Shown here one piece after another: positions 55,691 through 64,000 of a stretch of 64,000 bases of DNA; within the stretch, counting starts at the first letter, position 1, and the number at the start of each line of letters is the position of its first letter. Origin of the DNA: an uncultured delta proteobacterium (GTDB lineage: Bacteria > Desulfobacterota > Syntrophia > Syntrophales > UBA5619). Position numbers and translations under genes: made by a program. The stretch covers positions 1-64,000 of the forward strand of contig CAWFOM010000028.1 of the NCBI GenBank assembly GCA_963817385.1. Direction: 5' to 3'. A model generated the notes under the pieces. That model was not told the DNA's origin. It saw only the letters and a list, made by a program, of their open reading frames with translations, and made no database searches.

Positions 55691-57743
55691 ATGATAGAGA
55701 CTACGGCAGAAACTTTGACGGAAACGAAATATTATGAATATTGGGGTCTCAACAGGGCGCCATTCGATAATGTCCCCGATCCTTCCATGTATGTCGATTG
55801 TCACGCTTCAATGGAGAGTGCTGTAGCTGAAACGCTCTTCGCCATCGAGGAGGGTGATGAGTGCATATCGGTAATCGTTGGCGACGTGGGTTTAGGAAAA
55901 ACGCTGACGATTCGGTTGGTCATCGATTTGCTGGAACAGGAGAAATACAAGATTGCCCTTATCACTAATCCCGGCATTACGTTCATCCAGGTCCTCCAGG
56001 AGATTATCGGCCAGCTTCAGGGAAAACAGTGTGAAGAAAAAAGAAAAGTTAACCTGCTGGAAGCATTCAACAAGCTTCTTTTTTCCACCCTTGAGGAAGG
56101 CAAGAAGATACTGATCTTTATCGATGAATGCAATGCCATCAGCCCGGAAAATCTGGAGAATCTTCGCCTCCTGACCAACATGCAGGGTGACGGGAGAAAC
56201 CTCTTTACCATGGTGCTTGCGGGACAGATTGAATTTGCGAAGAGACTTGAACATCCCAGCCGGGCCAACCTCTTTCAACGGGTTGGGACTTACTGCAAGA
56301 TAACCAGATTCGAGTCGGTAAGTGTTGTCAAGAAATATGTCGAAACCAGACTGAAGCTGACCGGTGCAACGAGGCAAATCTTTGCTGACGATGCCTTTAC
56401 CAAGATATGGGAGAATTCCGACGGAGGTGTCCCCCGGCTGATCAATAAGTTGTGCAAACTCTGCCTCAAGGCAGGGGAGACGAATGGCCTTTCCTCAATA
56501 AAGGGAGAAGTTGTGGACCAGATCGGCTCACGCTTCAACAAAATGACGAGACCCAATGTTCAGCGGAGACTCCCGGCTCAAATTCCGGCGAAAGCTGCGT
56601 CGAGCGCCGCCAAGGAGCCAAAGACCCATAAGGCTGCGGAGAATATTGACAAAGTGAGTGAAGGGTATGACAAAAGAACAGCTGAAGAAGTCTCTGCTCT
56701 TTCCCAGGAGGCCCCGTCGGAAGGGACGGGTGACGGAACGGATCGGCGAGTCTGTCAGCGAGGCGGCAGGATCCGCATCTTTCGTAGCAACAGGATAGCG
56801 TACAGATGGAAGAGGAAAGTTTCGCAGCAGGTCCAACCTGATGACGAGACGGATGAAGGAATAACCCTGAGCTTGGCGGAAGGTGCTCCGGCAGATCACG
56901 AAGACGCAAAGATGAGTGAGCCCTGCACGGAGGCACGGGAAGAACTATCTTCCTTCCCGGAAGAGACACCTGTCGGCTGAAGTCGGCGGGGAAGGATTGA
57001 AGAGTCTGACCATACGGTAGAAGACGTATCGTCTTTCACGAAACAGGAAAGCGAGACGGCCAGAGAGGCAGGCGCAGAGCAGGTCCAGCCCGCTGAAGGG
57101 GCAGGGGAAGAAACGGCTCTGGGCTGCGCAGGGAGCTCTCCCGGCGGATCGGGAAGATGCAACGTCAGGCGAGCCCGTCAAAGAGGCGCAGGAAACGATC
57201 GCTTCTCTCCAGGAAGATCACTCATCAAAGGGACGAGGGAAGACAAGAGGTTGCGGAGTTCGGCAATAAGACGGCAAGCGTATTGCCTTTCAGACAACCG
57301 GAGAGCGTGCCCGTAAGGGAGCAGAGTGCAGAGCCGGCAGAGCCCGATCAGGAGATGGGAGAAGAACAATCTCTGGGGGAGCAGGACGGCCTCTCGGCAG
57401 GGAAGGAAGATGCAAAGGTAAACGAAACCGTCAACGGGGCGCAAGAAGTAACGTCTCCCCTTCCCCAAACGGGATACCCGAGGAACCGGTGAATGCCAGA
57501 GGCGGACTCCCCGGATGAGCTTGAAATTCACGGCTGCAGAATCAAGATCGATTTCCCCGAAGAGCTGCTGAACGCGATCAAAGTCATCCACCGTGGAATA
57601 CCGCTATAAGATGGCCGGGGTGCTTGCCGCTGAAGCGCTGAAGAATAATTCACAATTGATCACATCCTATACGGTGGATCCCGTGCCTATCTGGCAGGAG
57701 ATAAGGGATTATGTCATGACCCGGTTTAACCAGGCAGAGCTAA
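55691..57743 (+). CDS. ExeA-like AAA ATPase with long acidic low-complexity linker and small C-terminal domain (frameshifted)
   Basis: YYEYWGL..APFDNVPDP, GDVGLGKT, IFIDE, LAGQ, SDGGVPRLINKLC. Confidence 0.82.
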
Positions 57744-57772
57744 GGTGAACGTAATTTTGCGGGGGTTGGTGT

Positions 57773-58681
57773 ATGGAAAATGAAAAGAGACAATCGGCCC
57801 GCCGGCTGTTTTATAAAGGCAGCCAGCACGATGACAAACTCGAGGAGGAGCGTCAAAAGGCGATCGAGTCTTATCTCGCGCGTACCGCCAATGACGAATT
57901 CCACGCCGATCCGTATGTTAACCTGGGGTTTCTTTACCTGGAGCAGGAAAGTTACGAGGAGGCGCTCAAATGCTTTAGCAGGGTAAGAGAGCTGGAGCCC
58001 GGCAATACCGAAAATTATAACAACATGGGATATACCTATGAACGAATGGCCTGCCTGGCCAGTGCACGCTATATGTATCAGAAAGCCCTCGAATTGGAAC
58101 CGGAAAACGTGGAAGCAATAATCAATATTGCCAATATCAGGGATCTTGAGGGTGATTACTATGGAGCTCTCCAGAAATATCAAATGGCCATAGGCTGCGA
58201 GCCGAACAATGTAGATGCCCACTTCTGCCTTGCCGTATTTTACGATCGATACGATATGTTCGACGAAGCGGTGAGTCACTATCTGAAAGTCCTGGCGTGC
58301 GATCCCTCTCACCGGGATGCCATCTTCAATCTGGGCAATCTCTATATCCAGATGGGGGATTACCGTGGGGCGATAAAGCTGCTGCAGCGACTGCTTAAAT
58401 TGGAGCCGGCCAATACAAAAGCCTGGAACAATATCGGGTCGCTCTATGAGGCACTCGGTAATATCGAAATGGCGCGGGACGCCTGGCAGGGGGGCATAAA
58501 GTGTGATCCCGTTCACGAAGAGATGAATGTCAATCTGGCTCGGATCGATCATGCCCTGTGGAAATCGAATCCGAACAGCATGAGCAAGGATCATATAACG
58601 AACAGGCTCCAGTTTGTCCTGGCACTCTATCCGGAGAATGAAAAGGCAATAGAGCTTCTGAAACTTGTTGAAAAAGAGTAA
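57773..58681 (+). CDS. Tetratricopeptide repeat protein
   Basis: Repeated NLG/NNMG/NNIG...EP.N units. Confidence 0.9.
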   Translation: MENEKRQSARRLFYKGSQHDDKLEEERQKAIESYLARTANDEFHADPYVNLGFLYLEQESYEEALKCFSRVRELEPGNTENYNNMGYTYERMACLASARYMYQKALELEPENVEAIINIANIRDLEGDYYGALQKYQMAIGCEPNNVDAHFCLAVFYDRYDMFDEAVSHYLKVLACDPSHRDAIFNLGNLYIQMGDYRGAIKLLQRLLKLEPANTKAWNNIGSLYEALGNIEMARDAWQGGIKCDPVHEEMNVNLARIDHALWKSNPNSMSKDHITNRLQFVLALYPENEKAIELLKLVEKE

Positions 58682-58844
58682 GGCCGTCAGTCTGATTCCA
58701 GCAGACTTTGCGGATGGCAACCCCTCCGTTTCCTTTGTCGGTAATTCCTGGCTGTCCCGGGGTTTCCAGCTCGATGGCCCGTGATTTCCCTGTTGCACCT
58801 TCCCGGAAGGGTTGTGCCCGTCGTCCTTATCCCCTTAGGGATTC

Positions 58845-59765
58845 ATGATGAGAACGAGAATCATAGAAACAACGGTCTCCCCTCTTCAAGGGACCGTGAA
58901 TCTTGACGGCTATTGCGCCCGACGATTCACGTACTTCACCCGGGAACAATGGAAAGAAGAGATTCTGAGGGGGAAAGTGTCCCTCAATGGTAAGGTTGTC
59001 CGTAATCCCGCGGCGGATCTGAAAGGCGGCGATATTCTCGCGTACGACGAAAGCGGGATCGTGGAACCATCGGTCGATGAGGGCATTGAACTGCTCTATG
59101 AGGATGAATGGTTTGTTGCGGTCGATAAGACCGGAAATTTGCCGGTACACCCCGCGGGGAGGTATTTCAACAACACGCTCGTTTCTTTGCTTGAAGACCG
59201 TTACGGGCGCAGACTCTATCCGGTGCATCGTCTCGATCGCGAAACTTCGGGGGTCATTCTCCTCGCCTTTGATGCTCGGAGCGTGGAGAGTCTGTCAGAT
59301 TCGATTTCGCACGGATCTAAGGAGTATCTTGCCCTTGTGCACGGGAATTTCCCCGACCATGAGATGATCGTGGACCTGCCCCTGGGACCGGATGCCGCCT
59401 CTGCGGTGAGAAAGAAGCGCAAGGCCTGGATAGGCGGTACGGAAAGGGCAAAGACAAGATTCGGGAAAGTGCTCGCCGCCGGCGATATTTCGCTGGTGCG
59501 GTGTCTTCCCGAAACCGGGAGGTTGCATCAGATTCGCGCCCATCTTCTTTCCGCGGGTTTCCCCATCGTCGGCGATAAGCTGTACGGAAAAGACGAGACC
59601 GCGTTTCTCACCTTTATCGAGCATGGGCTCACCCCCGAAATCGAGAAGCTCCTGATTCTGCCGCGGGCAGCTTTGCACAATGCCAAAATGATCTTTCGGC
59701 ACCCTCGAACAAACCAGCGAGATGACCATCCGCGCACCCCTTCCCGCCATGTTTTCAGAATGTAC
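58845..59765 (+). CDS. RluA-family pseudouridine synthase (3' end runs into a junction)
   Basis: DKTGNLPVHP, VHRLDRETSG, TGRLHQIRAH, PIVGDKLYG, APLP. Confidence 0.9.
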
Positions 59766-60126
59766 CAGGGTGAATGCTCCAGCCACCGCGGACACGGTGC
59801 GAAGCTGGTATAGTCCCCAGCCGGCGACGTGTGAACTCAGAGCACCGGCCCAGACAAGAAGCTTGTGGTAGACGACGATTTTCTCGTCAAGAGGAGGGAG
59901 ATCGCGGAACAGGTCGGAAATGATAACGCCCCGCGAAATTAGAGAGTAAACCTGCTGTCCAATCCAGGCCTCGTCGATCAAGATTGTGCGATTCACCAAT
60001 GTGAAAGAGAATAGGACGAGAAAGATCCCGAAAGCAATACCGACGGCAAGAGTCCGTCTCCGGGTGGCCAGCTGAGAACGAAGTTTTCGTTGCCCGATTG
60101 CGCATGAAACGGTCGGCGCTTCTCAC
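59765..60126 (-). pseudogene. 5' fragment of a GT-C/ArnT-like membrane glycosyltransferase
   Basis: TM followed by IDEAW, then WGLYQLRTVSAVAG..TL; the sequence switches to antisense rluA after about 120 codons. Confidence 0.55.
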
Positions 60127-62086
60127 TTAATAGACCTCGAAGACAGTTGAGCTGTCGTCATCATAGATATTTCTATACGCTCTGCGTAGACCTCTGGGTC
60201 GACTCACTTGCGCGGCAGAAATTCCTTGTGAATCACGACATACTTGACCTTGGCTTCAAGCAGTTGTTCTCTTTGCCTATTCAGGTCAGCGAAATCAAGT
60301 CGATCGATTAGGGATTTCCCGATCTTGCGCGACGCCCAGCCCTGCACAATCGGGAGTTTGTGAAACGATTGATACATCATATAGCGGTCGACTTCAGCAT
60401 ACCCGGACGGCAGATCGAGAACACCATAACGTTCGCCGCCGTGTTCCATCATCTCGTAGCACGCTGGTGCTGACACTGTGGTGGTCGTGTCGTGGATGAA
60501 AGAATAGTCAAGCAGCAGGAGCGCGACAATAGATACTGCCAGCATGATAGTCTTTCGCTTTGTTTTCGATGCCCGCAGAATCCAGTCCAGCGAGAGAACG
60601 GTCACTATGCTCCAGAAAAGATAGGCATACACGATGAATCGAGATGGTGCGCGAGCGTTGCCGAGAAAGGGCAGACACCATTACAATGCGATCGGGAAGA
60701 GGGATCGGCAACGCTTTGCCAAATAAGTGAGGCTGTGCACCCAGTGTCATCAGCGCGAAAGCCAACGCACCCACAATGTACTTCGCCGCTCGCGTCAGAA
60801 TTTGGCGGCAGGCTATGACGAAGATAACAATAGCTATAATACCTAAGTAGACAGTGGCTTCCCAGAGATTACCAGTGTACGTCGTATTGACGAACTTGAC
60901 AAGATCAAACCCACCCGCCAGGTGAGCGACGGGAGGCACAACCAAACCTGCCAGATCTCCAACGAACGAGTTGTGTCCGAGGGTTGCCGTACCGGGGTCG
61001 CTTATTCCCAGAACAACCATCGGAATTAGCCAGGGCGAAAGAATCACGATAGTGGTTCCAAGAATGACACCGCCTTTGAGTACTATGTCAGGAAGCCAGA
61101 ATCTTCCGCGTCTGATTGCCAGATACATATAGCTAAAGACCATGAACCAGAACGCCATGATCATATAGTTCCAGTCGCAGAGAGTATTGAGCAGAAAAAA
61201 CAGAGCGGCTAGCGCCAGATTCGCTTTTCCCTCTTGTCGCACGGCCTTGATGAAGAATAGCACGAAAAAAGGGACGAATTGAATCGAGGCGATATTCAAG
61301 TGATGCTGTGCATGCGCAAAATGAGATGGATTAAAGGCAAAGAGAAACCCTCCGAGCAATGCTAAATAGGGATTGCCGATAAGATACCGAAATAATAGAA
61401 ACGCGCCGATTCCTGCCAAGGGAAAGGTTAGCAAGATCAACAGGTTGTAGCACGCCACCTGATTGCAGAACTGGCGGAGAAAGCCCGAGGCAACTTGATT
61501 GTAGAATGACCACGAGTGATAGTAGAACGAACTCCCTTCCGGGTAGAACAAATCAGAGACAAAGGTAAAGCTTTCCGTGCCATGCAGCACCCGATCGTAT
61601 CCCCACGACAGCCCCCAATAGGTCTGCATGTTGTCCTCGGCTCCTCCAATAAGGGACGTGTCGATTGTCGCGAGACAGGGGTAGAAATAGGCGATCGTGA
61701 TCAGACAGTATACAAGGCCGGCAACCCACCAACCCAGGGCAGTCTTCGGATAGACGTTCGGGACGGAAGACGTTTCCTCATGGCCAATTTTGCGCATAAG
61801 CAGCTGAAACAGCTTGTAGAGAAGGAAGAAGGTAATGATTGTCGCCGGAATGCCTATTACGACATAGATCAGCAAGCGGCTGTTTGTTTCCCGCAGGAGA
61901 GTCGGGAAGGCTTTTCTCGGCGTGATGGAGTTGGAAACCGAGGAAGCTTGCACGCTGTCCCGAGTAGAGTTCGGTAATGATCTGTTCACCGAACAGCAGG
62001 TAGAGAATCGTTACCACGGCGACCACAATCAAGGACACCAGCAGTACTCTAACGAAGATTCTGGTTTCTCGGCGGCTGTCCCACAT
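60127..62086 (-). CDS. Polytopic GT-C-like (YfhO-like) membrane protein (frameshifted)
   Basis: DNMQTYW, LFYPEG, GGFLFAFNP, YLG, C-terminal VLDLP..YQ..H..PIVQG. Confidence 0.7.
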
Positions 62087-62371
62087 GGTATGTCTATCCG
62101 CAGTTATCTTGGTTGCTGTGGCTCGGTGATGCCCGGAAATGTCGTCCTGCGCCACAGCCCCCAGTGAACTGTCTCGCCGAATCGATCCCAAGCGTAAGCT
62201 GGCAACTAATTTAGCGATTTGACGCTGGAAGGCAAGTATCGTTGCACGTTTGTCGGGATCGGCTCCCTCCCGTTTCCCTACAACTCCTGTACTTTAGATG
62301 AGCAGATGACAACTTTTTCGCTTGACGCGGGCCCGTAATAGTATAAGTTGAATAATTCTTGGAGTGATAGT

Positions 62372-62608
62372 ATGGCGCAGATAAAGAAAATCAAGACCGG
62401 CCGCAAAATCGATCAATCGGTTTTCGGCAAAAGAAACTGGATCGTTCTCGGATCAGGCATTGGCGCGATTGTACTCGGCTTTATTGCTCTCGCTTCCGGT
62501 TCGATCACGTTAGCGCCGATCCTGCTGGTTCTGGGCTACTGCGTTCTGATTCCGGTGGGAATAATGATTAGGGACAAGGACGGGGAGAGCAAAGTCGAGG
62601 GCGGTTAG
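62372..62608 (+). CDS. Small two-TM protein (DUF3098-like)
   Basis: FGKRNW..LG.G....LGFI...SITLAPILLVLGY...IP..I. Confidence 0.7.
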   Translation: MAQIKKIKTGRKIDQSVFGKRNWIVLGSGIGAIVLGFIALASGSITLAPILLVLGYCVLIPVGIMIRDKDGESKVEGG

Positions 62609-62672
62609 CTCAGTTGGTTAGAGCACCTGCCTTACACGCAGGGTGTCACTGGTTCGAATCCAGTATCGCCCA
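62599..62672 (+). tRNA. tRNA-Val(TAC), CCA not encoded
   Basis: GGGCGGT/ATCGCCC acceptor, CCTGC-CTTACAC-GCAGG anticodon arm, GTTCGAATCC. Confidence 0.95.
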
Positions 62673-62801
62673 TTTTATCGCCGGGCGATCGAAGCAGGAG
62701 ACTGAGGAGAAGGAACGGTTCGAGACCCCGAGGGTCTCGACGACACAAAGACGAAGCAACACCCTTGATGGGTTATATATATAGATTTCCCGCATTTAGT
62801 C

Positions 62802-62876
62802 GGGGCCGTAGTTCAGTTTGGTTAGAACGCCTGCCTGTCACGTAGGAGGTCGCGAGTTCGAGCCTCGTCGGCCCCG
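62802..62876 (+). tRNA. tRNA-Asp(GTC), CCA not encoded
   Basis: GGGGCCG/CGGCCCC acceptor, CCTGC-CTGTCAC-GTAGG anticodon arm, GTTCGAG. Confidence 0.95.
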
Positions 62877-62892
62877 CTTTTCTTTCCCATAG

Positions 62893-63039
62893 GGAGTGTT
62901 GAAAAAGCCCGGTAGTCTGTCATTCTGAGCACGGCTATGAACCTAACGCACTTGCCCCGCAACGAATCAGAGATTCTTCGTCGTCCGGTAACCGCCGGGC
63001 TCCTCAGAATGACTCCGGAGAAGGTTTGTCAACAGTTCC
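62893..63039. repeat. REP/MITE-like palindromic element
   Basis: Outer GGAGTGTTGAAAAA / TTTGTCAACAGTTCC; inner GTCATTCTGAG (62919) / CTCAGAATGAC (63003). Confidence 0.65.
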
Positions 63040-63245
63040 TTTAGGTCCCACGCTCGGCCGACGGAAATCTCCCCATAGTATATAATCGGCCAAAACCTAT
63101 GTTTTCCTGATAGTCATTGTCCTGAATAAATGGGCGCCAAAATGGCATTGGAGACTCCGCAAGCAGCAGTCGTGCCGTGGCGCCGTCTCACCGATCTGCT
63201 TGACATTCAATCGCTTTGACCGTATTGTAGCTGTTCGTTATTGTT

Positions 63246-64000
63246 ATGACCAAAAGGCAATTTCTCAATCGTTTTCTGCAACTGCTGCTTCTGGCGGCCA
63301 TCTGTTACTTCTTCGCGCCGAGTTTTGTCGACAGTTTCAAGAAGTTCAACCCTTCAGCCTGGGAAATCAACTATCCGCTGTTGGTCGCATCGTTGTTGCT
63401 GATGCAGGTCGTGCTCTATGCCCAATCGGCGATCTGGTCGACGATCATCACTTTCTTCGACAAGAAGGTGAGCTATCAACAAGGCCTTCCAAGATTGCCT
63501 ATCTGTCGCAACTCGGCCGCTATTTGCCGGGACGCATCTGGCAATTGTTCGGGATGATTTATCTTGCCGCGCAAAGAAGGCATCACCAAGGAAGAGGCGA
63601 CGGTTTCGTTTCATCCTCAGCCAGATTTTCGGGACGCCTCCGGGTTTGTTGATTGTAGTCGTTTACCTCTTTCTGCTGGAAACAGCCGAGAAATATCACC
63701 CGTATTCCGGCTTCGCCTGGGTGGGTGGCGCGATCTGTGTCGTGTTCCTGGTGATCTATTTTCTGCCAAATCTGTTCAGGAAAATGATCAATTTCGCTAC
63801 GCGCCTGTTGAGACAACCGGAAGTGGAGTTCCATCTGAAAAAAAAGGTGGGAATGCAGGTGCTGGCGTTTTATTTTGTGACTTGGAATCTGTATGGCGTC
63901 AGTTTCTACTTGTTTCTGAAGTCGATTCTTCCGGGAGTTGAGTTCAATCTGGTGGAGATAATTGGCGCCTGGACACTGGCGTATCTGGTCGGCTACTGGG
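63246..64000 (+). CDS. Lysylphosphatidylglycerol synthase TM/flippase-like (UPF0104) membrane protein, partial and frameshifted
   Basis: SQLGRYLPGRIW motif and multiple TMs; runs off the window end. Confidence 0.7.

Overview
A mostly GC-rich bacterial window whose gene content suggests a deltaproteobacterium (Desulfobacterota; the Syntrophales-like placement is my inference). Many genes carry scattered single-base frameshifts that look like uncorrected long-read errors. The main observation is a lower-GC block at about 15.9-27.6 kb. It places, side by side, homologues of all three Geobacter inner-membrane quinol-oxidising routes for extracellular electron transfer: CbcBA plus a CbcC-like c7 polymer, a 9-haem CbcL and a 7-haem ImcH. 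The block also has a BccR-like sigma54 activator, a histidine kinase with a periplasmic haem motif, and two sigma54 promoters with identical enhancer spacing. Elsewhere the window contains two probable selenoprotein genes missed by the ORF track (a rhodanese-ferritin fusion and a HesB-like protein), an AOR/SCP2/Fe-ADH operon, and a CRP-box plus candidate c-di-GMP-I riboswitch control region ahead of a repeat-containing HTH/ExeA/TPR operon. It also holds pilT/pilU, tamAB, three tRNAs, an IS end, several MITE/REP elements, and a probable chimeric or recombination junction near 59.76 kb. All family assignments come from motif recognition by eye; no searches were run.
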